Shown here: piece after piece, positions 31,084 to 40,644 of the stretch
How the letters are laid out: each line of letters opens with the position of its first letter
Position numbering within the stretch: the stretch's first letter is position 1
Source of the DNA: Candidatus Poribacteria bacterium
GTDB lineage: Bacteria > Poribacteria > WGA-4E > WGA-3G
Direction of reading: 5' to 3'
DNA length: 64,000 bases
Assembly (NCBI GenBank): GCA_965205015.1
Contig: OZ242029.1
Location: 3,392,001 to 3,456,000, forward strand
Notes under the pieces: model-generated
Databases searched by the model: none
Told to the model about the DNA's origin: nothing
Seen by the model: the letters and a program-made list of their open reading frames with translations, nothing else
Program-made: the position numbers and the translations under genes

Positions 31084-31848
31084 ATGACTAAACTTACACC
31101 CCAAGAATGTCTCACACTGGCTGATCTTCTTGGCGACACTCCAATGACGGTTATCGCTGTGTCCCGCTTGAAACAGGAAGCGTGCGATGCCTATATCGCT
31201 GGATCGCTATCAAATAATGTTGATGCCGCTATCGTTTTTGATGCGTACTGCTCGGACGAACCCGCGGGTTTCGGCACCGATGCCGGGGCACTGTGGCAAC
31301 TTTTGAAAGCGCTCGATGGATGGGGTTGTATCAACGTTGACAACGCCTGTGCTGCATCTCTCGGTGGACTCATTGAAGCCGACAGAGGTGCATCCATCCG
31401 TTATTATGGTGATGTCTATCATGCACTCTTAGTGCCTGTCCACTCCTATCCAAACGAGGCGGTTCGTCTTTTGACCTTAGGAGATACTGAGCGTTTGGCA
31501 AAGGCGCCGACGGAAGTCCAAGGCAACGGTTACAAAACGCCCGAAGCGATGCTAACATATGGTATTGCCGCTGGCGCCATTGTAGATGACAACATTGTCG
31601 CCATCGCGCATACCTATGCAGAGACTGAGCTACATGCTGACATCGGTGTTTCGACGGTCGAGCAGTGGCGCGAAGACGGATTTGCTACCGCCGCGGCATC
31701 CCTCGTCGCCGAAGAGATTCAGGCAAAAGGTAAGGTGCCCGCCTGGAGTTGTGGTGAAGACAACTTCGCCTCGCTTCGTGTGGCAGAGAAACTCGGATTC
31801 ATTGAAGTTGGTCGGCGCACGTATGTCATCCCCGTTTCACCAGAATAG
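31084..31848 (+). CDS. GNAT family acetyltransferase
   Basis: IGVST...WR..GFA and N.ASLRVAEKLGF. Confidence 0.85.
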   Translation: MTKLTPQECLTLADLLGDTPMTVIAVSRLKQEACDAYIAGSLSNNVDAAIVFDAYCSDEPAGFGTDAGALWQLLKALDGWGCINVDNACAASLGGLIEADRGASIRYYGDVYHALLVPVHSYPNEAVRLLTLGDTERLAKAPTEVQGNGYKTPEAMLTYGIAAGAIVDDNIVAIAHTYAETELHADIGVSTVEQWREDGFATAAASLVAEEIQAKGKVPAWSCGEDNFASLRVAEKLGFIEVGRRTYVIPVSPE

Positions 31849-31855
31849 GGATTCC

Positions 31856-33115
31856 TTATCCGAGGGCATCGTCCACTTTATTGATTGCGGCTGCCATCAA
31901 TCGCGCATGCTCTTCCTGCATATTCACGTTAAACCCAAATCGCAGCGCACGCCCGAGAATTGACAAGGTCTGTGGGCACATATCCCGAGAGTACTCAACA
32001 TCTCCTGTGTAGCGCGGATCCTTCCACGGATACCCAGAAGCGTCAGGCGAATGCTTGAAGAGAATGGAATCCCAATAGGTATAGATATGCCGATCGGGGA
32101 ACCCTTCATTGTAAGCGGTGCCTGCGTTCAGTCCTTCTGCTTTGAGCGCATCAGCGTACTTTTTGGCGAGTTCCACATCACGCACGATAATCGCGGCACT
32201 AATACCGCACTCACCGGTCGGATCATCCACGTGTTGCGGGATATAACCTTTCGGTTTTTCATTGAGTTCCGCTGTGAACGCTTTTTTGAGTCGGCGTGTA
32301 TGTCCCAAGATATCCTCTAATTTTGAGAGTTGCACGCGTGCAATCGCCCCCAAAATTTCGCTCGTTCGGTAGCACTGCCGGGAAAAAGGTTTGTTTTGCC
32401 ACTCAGAATCGCTCATCCACATCGGTAAACCGGGTTCCGCTGCGAAGGCTGCGCGTTCATAGACATCATAGTCATCGGTAAAAACGAGTCCGCCTTCCCC
32501 ACAAGAGATGACCTTGTAGTAATTGAGGCTCCACGCGCCTGCATGTCCCCACATTCCAGCGTATTTCCCTTTATATTGTCCGCCGACACACTGACAGCAA
32601 TCCTCAACAACCAGGAGATTGTGCTGCTGGGCGAGGTCGACAATCGCCTCAAGCCGGCAGGGTACGCCTTGCATGTGTACTGGTAAGATCGCTTTCGTAT
32701 GGGGTGTAATTTTCCGTTCCACATCAGCGATATCTAAGCCGAGTGAATCGTCGATTTCTGCTATGACGGGAATCGCACCGACGCCAACAATAGCAGCTGC
32801 GGTCGCGATAAAGGTGTAGCCTGGAACTATCACCTCGTCTCCGGGTCCGATACCGACCGCAGTCAGGGCGCAGATGATTGCGGAGGTGCCGGAGTTCACC
32901 ATCAAGGCGTGTTTTGCCCCGAGGTGCGCCGCTGCCTCCTTTTCAAAACTGGCTACATTTGAATCCTCAACGAACCGAAAAAGTTTCCCACTTCGCAAGA
33001 CCTCAGTCACAGCAGTGATCTCACGCTCATCTATCACACTGGGCCCGTGCATTCCGCCGGGTATAGCATCGGCAATAACCGGCGTTCCGCCCTCTATTGC
33101 TAAACGTTCTGGCAT
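31856..33115 (-). CDS. DegT/DnrJ/EryC1/StrS PLP aminotransferase
   Basis: NSGTSA, GPGDEVIVP..TF.AT, VHMQG, EDCCQ, SLNYYK...GEGG. Confidence 0.92.
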   Translation of the reverse strand: MPERLAIEGGTPVIADAIPGGMHGPSVIDEREITAVTEVLRSGKLFRFVEDSNVASFEKEAAAHLGAKHALMVNSGTSAIICALTAVGIGPGDEVIVPGYTFIATAAAIVGVGAIPVIAEIDDSLGLDIADVERKITPHTKAILPVHMQGVPCRLEAIVDLAQQHNLLVVEDCCQCVGGQYKGKYAGMWGHAGAWSLNYYKVISCGEGGLVFTDDYDVYERAAFAAEPGLPMWMSDSEWQNKPFSRQCYRTSEILGAIARVQLSKLEDILGHTRRLKKAFTAELNEKPKGYIPQHVDDPTGECGISAAIIVRDVELAKKYADALKAEGLNAGTAYNEGFPDRHIYTYWDSILFKHSPDASGYPWKDPRYTGDVEYSRDMCPQTLSILGRALRFGFNVNMQEEHARLMAAAINKVDDALG

Positions 33116-33183
33116 TTTTTCTCCTCCACAGCTCTTCGGACGTAGTTTGAAACCTCACCAAGAAAAATGCGAAATATGGTGAT

Positions 33184-33212
33184 ACTGTACCAGATGCATC
33201 CGTTTTTGTCAA
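33184..33212 (-). promoter_or_regulatory. sigma70-like promoter for the DegT-family gene
   Basis: TTGACA-17 nt-TACAGT. Confidence 0.55.
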
Positions 33213-33354
33213 GTATTCTTTTACAACATAGGTCATTTAAGGATGACTCGCCAATCCCACTATGACTTCCCTGGACCAACACTCACCGCTACTCTACACC
33301 AGTATTCTCACCGCGGATATGAAAATTTTTCGTCTCAGATGCACCCTTTTCCAT

Positions 33355-33530
33355 GTAACGAACAAGCGCACGGGTGTGACCGCTACTGATGTCGTCCAGC
33401 GTGATTATTTCGCCGCTGCTTTCGGTGATTTGACCCGGAAGTCAGTCGTTCAGGATGGCGATGTTATCGCAGTTAGCATTCTTGACGCAGCCGGTCGTAT
33501 CATCGGTGAACCGACGACGTATACCGTTTT
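33355..33530 (+). pseudogene. Fragment of a secreted-protein beta-sandwich domain, truncated at an IS-like hairpin
   Basis: Protein-like stretch VTNKRTGVTATDVVQRDYFAAAFGDLTRKSVVQDGDVIAV embedded in otherwise non-coding-like sequence. Confidence 0.45.
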
Positions 33531-33542
33531 CATCAAAATCTT

Positions 33543-33584
33543 CTGCGTGGAAACCTCGTGCTTTAGCCCGGGGTGGAAACGCAG
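33543..33584 (+). mobile_element. Orphan IS200/IS605-type subterminal hairpin
   Basis: ctgcgtggaaacctcgtgctttagcccggggtggaaacgcag has the same layout as ggattggaaacccaagtctttagacttgggaggaaaatcc at the tnpB left end. Confidence 0.55.
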
Positions 33585-34267
33585 TTTTCTTTTGTCAATT
33601 ACCGTAGGTTTTGTAAATATAATTTGCTTTTTACCTGGAAATTTTGTATAATAGTTACCTATGCCATTTATATTTTATATGATGAATAATGAAAAAGTGA
33701 CCTAAGTAACTATAGAGTATTAGAAAGAGGATACGTTTGAGTTGCGATTTTCGCAACCGACACAACGACAAAAGAGAAAACATTGAGATATTTCATGGAT
33801 TTACAACTACTGACTTAAAAGCGATGGTGCCGTTTGAAAAACAACACCTTCGCCAACCGAAAAAAACCTTGATAGACTTGAACATTTTACCTGAGGAACG
33901 CTCATGACGAAGTGCAGTTTACCCTTTGAATTAAAAAGATCCCTGAAGATGCGTGCGGATGTGCGCGCCCCGATGAGAGGGAGTGGCTGCTGCGTTCTGA
34001 GACGTTCTGTCGATCCTCAAATAGCTAAAAACCCCCCCCGAATTCTCCACAAACGATAAGTGTTTTATTTCATAAGACGATCCTGACGGTCCTGCATCGG
34101 ACTGTCTTCGCGCCCGCAGGTGGTTCTGTTTTACACAGAGTCCCCATTGCGGGCTATTTTTGTTGCATCGGGTCTCTCCCGATGTGTTGGACACTCCAAT
34201 ACAACCACAGGCACGACCTCTTGTCAATATGGCTGTGTAAGTCGTGTTAAAAAGGAGATTTAGAAAA

Positions 34268-35566
34268 ATGTTTTCAAGAATACTGACTTTTAGCATCTTA
34301 TCCGTTTTTTGCGTATTCACTGCCATTTCTTATGTATACGCGCACGAGGCTACTGGTGAGGGTAGTAGTAATCCTCATTGGCACAATCTTTGTCATGATC
34401 ATGGTGGATATAGCCATTGTCATTTGGCTGTAGTGCACGGAAAAGTAGAGAATGGTGTTTATTCTGAGGTTTACAAGCCTGGCTTTAACCACGCTGATGA
34501 ACATAACAATAATCCCAGTAAGATTCTGCGGGTCGGTAGGCCACCCGAAGAAAACGTGCATACGCATACCTTTGTTGAGTCCCACCAACATGACAACTAC
34601 GAGTGGCACGCACATGAAGATACACACGATCACCCAGATTCGGAGCACCCGCACCCGCCTAACCACCCTTTTCATGTCACCCACGCTGATGTAGGTATTC
34701 GCACAGATACTACTGTGGATGAGCAACCTGTGAACCAGCCTACAGGGAATCAACCTACAGGGAATCAACCTACAGGGAATCAACCTACAGGGAATCAACC
34801 TACGGGTACTCAACCCACAACGGTAGTGGAGAGTGGAACATCTGAAGGGACATCCGAAGCAGGTGATAGCGGAACCCCTGTTGACACAAGCACAGAACAA
34901 AATTTCCTCAGAGCCCAACAAAAATACGGAACACCACTTGAGGGGACACCAGAAACACAACCCAAGCCTCAACCTTTATTACCCATACGCATCACAGAGT
35001 ATATGGTCAGAGATTGGTCTGCTGGAATTGGTGGATTACCACAGTGGATTGAGGTGTATAACCCCAACACCGAGGCAGTCAACCTCAAAGGTTGGACGTT
35101 CCAATATGCCACCCGACGGTCAGCCAACGCTCCCCATAAAGTCCACACACTGACGCTCGCTGGAACACAGGACGGGTTCAGCATAGCGGGAGGCGGCGTC
35201 GCGATCCTATCAACCCGAAAAGTTCCGGCATGGCGATTTTCCGGTATTGGAGCCTCCCAGGTCTACAACTTGAGCATAGACAACGTCCTCAAACGCGGGT
35301 GGGTGTTGACGGATGCCGATGGCAAGGAGATTCAGCGTCTCGGTAGGGAGGCTTTTAGTGCGTTCGGGGATCCGGTGGCACCGCTCCATCAGAACAAGGC
35401 GCGTGTCTCGCATCAGGTGCTCCCGAGCGAGTCGCCTCCGGAGGTTTATTACTATGGACATCGGGAAGACATCGGGTCTCCCGGGTTCTACGAGCAACCG
35501 GCGCCGGCGGCACCAAGCGCGGTCAGACGGAAACAGATCGGCACTTGGGCAGCCTTGAAAAAATAA
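34268..35566 (+). CDS. Secreted His-rich protein with a (NQPTG)n linker, lamin-tail-like domain and C-terminal TWAALK motif
   Basis: AGGAG RBS, signal peptide, His-rich N-terminus, ITEYM...QWIEVYN....VNLKGW. Confidence 0.8.
   Translation: MFSRILTFSILSVFCVFTAISYVYAHEATGEGSSNPHWHNLCHDHGGYSHCHLAVVHGKVENGVYSEVYKPGFNHADEHNNNPSKILRVGRPPEENVHTHTFVESHQHDNYEWHAHEDTHDHPDSEHPHPPNHPFHVTHADVGIRTDTTVDEQPVNQPTGNQPTGNQPTGNQPTGNQPTGTQPTTVVESGTSEGTSEAGDSGTPVDTSTEQNFLRAQQKYGTPLEGTPETQPKPQPLLPIRITEYMVRDWSAGIGGLPQWIEVYNPNTEAVNLKGWTFQYATRRSANAPHKVHTLTLAGTQDGFSIAGGGVAILSTRKVPAWRFSGIGASQVYNLSIDNVLKRGWVLTDADGKEIQRLGREAFSAFGDPVAPLHQNKARVSHQVLPSESPPEVYYYGHREDIGSPGFYEQPAPAAPSAVRRKQIGTWAALKK
34724..34820 (+). repeat. 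15-bp coding tandem repeat (CAACCTACAGGGAAT, NQPTG, about 6 units)
   Basis: Directly visible in the sequence. Confidence 0.9.
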
Positions 35567-35917
35567 GGTTTCATTATCATCAACTTCTGGGGGTGTGGTA
35601 AGAAGCCCGACACCCCCCACAAGCGTGATTCAGCCGCTTTGCGTGTGTTCTCGTTCAACCTTGGGGACACACCAAAGCAAAACCCCTCACAAGAAACCGT
35701 TTCTTTTATCAAACTCACATTATTTCAGCGCATAAATCAGTAGATTTGGCATAAACCGATAGACATCCGTGGAACGGCGGAGTCGTAACATCGTGCGGCT
35801 CTCAATCTCTGCGGTTTCCATTGCACATAGGTAATCCTTACGGTTGTAAACCACTGCCAATCGGTGAAAACAAACCCTGTAAGTCCTACGTAATTATAGG
35901 AGCTACCATAAGTAATC

Positions 35918-36865
35918 CTACCGACGCCACCAACTTTTTTTACCCTGATATGACGCAAGCAGTTTTGAAATGTCTCTTGCCTTTTTGTCCAGACGCAATA
36001 CTGTCTCGCACGCTTCGATCACTTTTTGTTTGGTATCTTCATCTTGGGTTGCCTGATAGGCATGGTGATAACTCTGTGCGACAGCGGAATGGTACGCTAC
36101 AAGGTCTATGCCTTCTGGGACATCTGTCGGAAGGTGCGCAAGCATCCCGAGTGCCGTGTCCCATGCCGCTGCTTCGGTGTGACAGATAACCTGTTGGTAG
36201 CGTAGGTGATGTTGCGACGGATCTAACCCATACGCCTCCTCATAACACGTCACCGCCTCCGAGTAAGCGGCATTGGCGACGTGCAGCTGCGCAAGTTCCG
36301 TATAAAAGGCAGACAATCCACTTTCCGCTATTGTGTAAAGCGATACGCCGGTACTGATGAGCCAATCTCTCTCCAACAGGAAATCGATCGCTGAGTTCCG
36401 TTCTTCCTCTGTGATCTGGATATCGGTGAGGAGATGCTTTGCGACGGCGGCGTTCGGAAAAATCTTGGTGCGGCTCTTCAGTAACGGATACGCCTGAACC
36501 GCCTTATCCATCGTGATGAGCTTAATCCCGGTCGCAATACGGAAGAGAGATACAATCTGATCGCTATTTTTACGGGACATCTCGTCAGCAATTACCTCTC
36601 GATTCTCTGAAAAATGCTGATTCAGTTCTTCGATCGCCTCTCGGATCTCGGGATCGCTTGGCGCGAGCTGATGTGCTTTGGCTAAAAACCGTTGTGCCGT
36701 GAAGAGTTCCGTCCACGTCCGATAGATGGTTCCTAACCGAAAATTCGCAAGTGCCAGGGTCGATGTATCATCTGTTGTGCTGAGGATATCATCGTAGACT
36801 TGGATGGCTTCGGCAAGTTTGCCTGCGGTTTCCAGTGCTTGTGCATCGGCGATTGGATTTGACAT
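35918..36865 (-). CDS. Tetratricopeptide repeat protein
   Basis: TPR-like helices (ANFRLGTIY, YSEAVTCYEEAYGLDP). Confidence 0.8.
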   Translation of the reverse strand: MSNPIADAQALETAGKLAEAIQVYDDILSTTDDTSTLALANFRLGTIYRTWTELFTAQRFLAKAHQLAPSDPEIREAIEELNQHFSENREVIADEMSRKNSDQIVSLFRIATGIKLITMDKAVQAYPLLKSRTKIFPNAAVAKHLLTDIQITEEERNSAIDFLLERDWLISTGVSLYTIAESGLSAFYTELAQLHVANAAYSEAVTCYEEAYGLDPSQHHLRYQQVICHTEAAAWDTALGMLAHLPTDVPEGIDLVAYHSAVAQSYHHAYQATQDEDTKQKVIEACETVLRLDKKARDISKLLASYQGKKSWWRR

Positions 36866-36983
36866 AAGGGGCGTGGTTTCCTTGTATGGCTTTATCGATT
36901 GTTTTTCGGAGATGAGCATACAATGCCTGTCAGGAAAAGTCAAGAAAAAGATTCTGCTGTAGGAGTGAGTTTCACTTTCTCTT

Positions 36984-37012
36984 TTGACAAAAAGCCCGAA
37001 AACGACTATACT
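36984..37012 (+). promoter_or_regulatory. sigma70 promoter
   Basis: TTGACA-17 nt-TATACT immediately before the leader RNA. Confidence 0.8.
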
Positions 37013-37017
37013 ATCTC

Positions 37018-37100
37018 TATCGCGTTGGCAGACATATCGAGCGTAGGCGCTTGGAAACCACGTGTCTGCCTCCCACTCGATAGGGGATAAAAGCGTGATG
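37018..37100 (+). ncRNA. Pseudoknotted 5' leader RNA, copy 1
   Basis: P0 ATCGCGTT/AGCGTGAT, P1 GGCAGACA/TGTCTGCC, bulge TATCGAG pairing with CTCGATA; covaries with the copy at 57990-58072. Confidence 0.75.
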
Positions 37101-37114
37101 GCGTGAGGTTTCCC

Positions 37115-37525
37115 ATGAAAGCGATTTTTCTTTTTTCAATACTATTGTGTGGTATCGCGCTTCCGGTACTCGGTGAAACTTCCGAGAATGCTATTGAAAC
37201 GGACATTGCAGTCATAAAAACAGAAATTAAAAATCTAAATGAAAAGATTGACAGCAAATTTGAGGGCATTAACAACAAATTTGAGAGCATCGAAAAGAAT
37301 TTTGACAGACAAAATAACACCATCATCATCGCTTGCATCGGTATACCTTTGGGGATTCTTGCAATATGTGTAACTGTGTGGGGCATATTCGTAAACAGAC
37401 GAAGGCCTAACGTCAACGAACAGCGGGAACAGATTGAACAACTCATACGCGACCAAGAACAAAAAATCGAAGCACTTACCCAAGAAATCGAAGCACTCAA
37501 ACAACAACGAACCGTCACTCCATAA
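37115..37525 (+). CDS. Small membrane protein with coiled coils
   Basis: Signal peptide, heptad repeats (IDSKFEGINNKFESI), one TM helix, C-terminal coiled coil. Confidence 0.75.
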   Translation: MKAIFLFSILLCGIALPVLGETSENAIETDIAVIKTEIKNLNEKIDSKFEGINNKFESIEKNFDRQNNTIIIACIGIPLGILAICVTVWGIFVNRRRPNVNEQREQIEQLIRDQEQKIEALTQEIEALKQQRTVTP

Positions 37526-37576
37526 CGCCTTGTTATTATGTTCACCGCCCCTATTTCGGAAGGAGAAAATTCCAGG

Positions 37577-40546
37577 ATGAAGAGCACGTTGTTAGCGATT
37601 ATTTTGACCCTACTTTTTGTTTCAACCCTTTATCTACCCAACACCTTTGCCCAAGATTCCCCGCAATGGAACTTGCCAGAGGGTGCCAAAGCCCGTTTAG
37701 GCATAGTCAAAGGTCGTTTAACTGGGATAGCGTATTCCCCGGATGGCAGTCGGCTTGCGGTGGGAAGTAGCGTCGGTGTTTGGATGTATGATGCGCGAAC
37801 CGGTGCGGAAGGGACACTGATTGGCGGATACACCGATTGGGTCTATAGTGTTGCGTTTAGTCCCGATGGAAACACGCTCGCAGGTGGGGGTAGAGACTAT
37901 GCAGAGACTACACTGTTCGGTGTTCGGTTATGGGACCCAGAAACTGGAAACATCAGAAACATACTCACGGGACACACCGACCAGGTCCATAGTGTTGCGT
38001 TTAGTCCCAATGGCACCACGCTCGCAACTGGGGGTAGAGACCACACTGTTCGGCTATGGGACCCAGCAACGGGAAACAGCATAAATACACTCACGGGACA
38101 CACCGACCAGGTCCATAGTGTTGCGTTTAGTCCCAATGGAAATACGCTCGCAACTGGGGGTAGAGACCACACTGTTCGGCTATGGGACCCAGCAACGGGA
38201 AACAGCATAAATACACTCACGGGACACACCGACTTTGTCAATAGTATAGCGTTTAGTCCCAATGGAAATACGCTCGCAAGTGCGAGTAATGGGGAAGTGC
38301 GGTTATGGGACCTAGCAACGGGAAACAGCATAAACACACTTAGACACACCTCCTGGGTTTATAGTGTTGCGTTTAGTCCCGATGGCACCACGCTCGCAAG
38401 TGGGAGTGGCGACGAGACCGTACGGCTATGGGACACAGAAACAGGAAAACTCATAAACACACTCACCGAACACACCGACCTTGTTCGTAGTGTTGCGTTT
38501 AGCCCCGATGGCACCATGCTCGCAAGTGGGAGTGATGACAACACCATTCGGGTATGGGACCCAGAAACTGGAAACAGCATAAACACACTTAGACACACCA
38601 GGGGGGTCTATAGTGTCGCGTTTGGTCCCGATGGAAATACACTCGCAAGTGGGAGTCTCTCAGCAGAGGTGCGGCTATGGGACACAGAAACAAGAAACAG
38701 CATAAACACATTCACGGGACACACCAGGGAGGTCTATAGTGTCGCGTTTGGTCCCGATGGAAATACACTCGCAAGTGGGAGTGGCGACGAGACCGTTCGG
38801 ATATGGGACACAGAAACAGGAGACAGCATACATACACTCACAGGACACACCCAGGAGGTCTTTAGGGTCGCGTATAGTCCGAATGGCACCACACTCGCAA
38901 GTGGGAGTGGCGACAAGACCGTGCGGGTATGGGATACAGAAACAGGAGACAGCATACATACACTCACGGGACACACCAGGGGGGTCTATAGTGTCGCGTT
39001 TGGTCCCGATGGAAATACAATCGCAAGTACGGGTCTGGACAACACCGTTCGGGTATGGGACACAAAAACTGGAAACAGCATACATACACTCACAGGACGC
39101 ATCAACTTTTTCAAGAGTGTCGCGTTTAGCCCCGATGGAAACACACTCGCAGCTGGGGGTTACTCAGCAGAGGTATGGTTATGGGACACAGCTACAGGAA
39201 AACTCATAAACACACTCCTAATCCAGGGCTTTGTCAATAGTGTCGCGTATAGTCCAGATGGAAATACACTCGCAATTGGGCATGATGGTCGTAAGGGATG
39301 GGCCGTTGAGTTATGGGACACAAAAACTGGAAACAGCATACATACATTCGCGGGACAACACACCCGTGGGATCGCGAGTGTCGCGTATAGTCCGGATGGA
39401 AATACACTCGCAGCTGGGTATGGGGCCGGCACGATCCTTCTATGGGATGCCACACCTTACACCTTACAACCGTTCGCCGCTGAGACAGATAGCATAACAA
39501 AGGAGCCGGAGGTGCCTGTTGATGGAAATGTTGCGCGCGTGAGTCTCTCCCCCGCATCCGTATGGTCTGGGAATGTAGGGGATCAGTTGACGGTAAACAC
39601 CATCATCGCAGATGGCGTAGATGTTCGGGGATATCAGGTGGAACTCACTTTTGATACGGCTGCGTTGCGGTTCGACTCAGTTGCAGATGGTGGGTACCTG
39701 CCAGTGGATGCTTTCCAATTGGCACCTGTGGAGAACGGCAATCGCGTCACGGTTGGTGCGACATCGCTGCAAGCAAGCAGCGAAGGCGATGGGACACTTG
39801 CAGCGTTCACATTTGAAGTGCTGACTGCTTCGCCTGCGATGCCGACCTTATCCGATGTGAAACTGACTGACAGCGATGCAAACTTTTTAGCCGTACGGAT
39901 TGAGACCGAGGCGGGAACGGATCCCCCGCCCCTCGCTGGAGACGTAAACGAAGATGGTGTGGTGAGTCTTGAGGATTTGGAGGCGGCTGTGGCGCGTCGG
40001 GGGCAAACGGGTGAGAACACAGCGGATATGAACGGCGATGGTGTTGTGGATGCCGCGGATATCGTGTTAATCGCAGCAGCGATAGAAGCCGCGGCAGCCG
40101 CTCCATCCCTGCATCCATCAGTTATTATTGAAATGTTCACTGCAACAGAGGTGCGTCAGTGGCTGTCGTTTGCGCGGGCAGAGGGTCTCACAGGTCCGAT
40201 GTATCAGCGAGGCTTTCTGCTTCTGGAGCAACTCCTTGCGGTGCTAACGCCAGAGGAAACACTGCTCTTAGCGAACTATCCCAACCCGTTCAACCCGGAG
40301 ACGTGGATCCCATATCACCTCTCTGAACCTGCGGATGTCTGCATTTCGATTTATGCTGCGGACGGTCGCTTGGTTCGGGTGCTAACCTTAGGGCATCAGG
40401 GTGCGGGTATCTACGAGTCTCGTGGGCGTGCGGCGTATTGGGATGGTAGGAACGCCTTCGGGGAGCCTGTGGCAAGCGGTGTGTATTTCTATACGTTCAC
40501 CACAGGCGACTTCACGGCAACCCGGAAAATGCTCATCAGGAAGTAA
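37577..40546 (+). CDS. Secreted WD40-repeat protein with cohesin, dockerin and FlgD/T9SS-type C-terminal domains
   Basis: About 14 GHT..V.SVAFSPDG.TLASG..D.TVRLWD repeats; cohesin-like beta domain; DVNEDGVV/DMNGDGVV dockerin loops; LLANYPNPFNPETWIPY. Confidence 0.92.
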   Translation: MKSTLLAIILTLLFVSTLYLPNTFAQDSPQWNLPEGAKARLGIVKGRLTGIAYSPDGSRLAVGSSVGVWMYDARTGAEGTLIGGYTDWVYSVAFSPDGNTLAGGGRDYAETTLFGVRLWDPETGNIRNILTGHTDQVHSVAFSPNGTTLATGGRDHTVRLWDPATGNSINTLTGHTDQVHSVAFSPNGNTLATGGRDHTVRLWDPATGNSINTLTGHTDFVNSIAFSPNGNTLASASNGEVRLWDLATGNSINTLRHTSWVYSVAFSPDGTTLASGSGDETVRLWDTETGKLINTLTEHTDLVRSVAFSPDGTMLASGSDDNTIRVWDPETGNSINTLRHTRGVYSVAFGPDGNTLASGSLSAEVRLWDTETRNSINTFTGHTREVYSVAFGPDGNTLASGSGDETVRIWDTETGDSIHTLTGHTQEVFRVAYSPNGTTLASGSGDKTVRVWDTETGDSIHTLTGHTRGVYSVAFGPDGNTIASTGLDNTVRVWDTKTGNSIHTLTGRINFFKSVAFSPDGNTLAAGGYSAEVWLWDTATGKLINTLLIQGFVNSVAYSPDGNTLAIGHDGRKGWAVELWDTKTGNSIHTFAGQHTRGIASVAYSPDGNTLAAGYGAGTILLWDATPYTLQPFAAETDSITKEPEVPVDGNVARVSLSPASVWSGNVGDQLTVNTIIADGVDVRGYQVELTFDTAALRFDSVADGGYLPVDAFQLAPVENGNRVTVGATSLQASSEGDGTLAAFTFEVLTASPAMPTLSDVKLTDSDANFLAVRIETEAGTDPPPLAGDVNEDGVVSLEDLEAAVARRGQTGENTADMNGDGVVDAADIVLIAAAIEAAAAAPSLHPSVIIEMFTATEVRQWLSFARAEGLTGPMYQRGFLLLEQLLAVLTPEETLLLANYPNPFNPETWIPYHLSEPADVCISIYAADGRLVRVLTLGHQGAGIYESRGRAAYWDGRNAFGEPVASGVYFYTFTTGDFTATRKMLIRK

Positions 40547-40644
40547 CCCCAGTTGCTACTCACAAGATTTAGCGATGAGATTTCCTGCGTTTTTGGACTG
40601 TAGTTTGTTCGTTCAAAAAACTCGTCTTTTAACGGAGAAAAGCC

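Noticed and set aside
34298-34972. 224-aa minus-strand ORF with RLIPC repeats
   Set aside because: Antisense reading of the NQPTG tandem repeat gene.
35760-35830. Possible structured RNA or IS end near catccgtggaacggcggagtc
   Set aside because: Single copy, and I could not establish convincing long helices or covariation.
37006-37587. 193-aa minus-strand ORF
   Set aside because: Antisense to the promoter, leader RNA and coiled-coil gene, which have better support.
37960-39430. Diversity-generating retroelement TR/VR pair
   Set aside because: Differences between repeats are not adenine-specific and no reverse transcriptase is present in the window.
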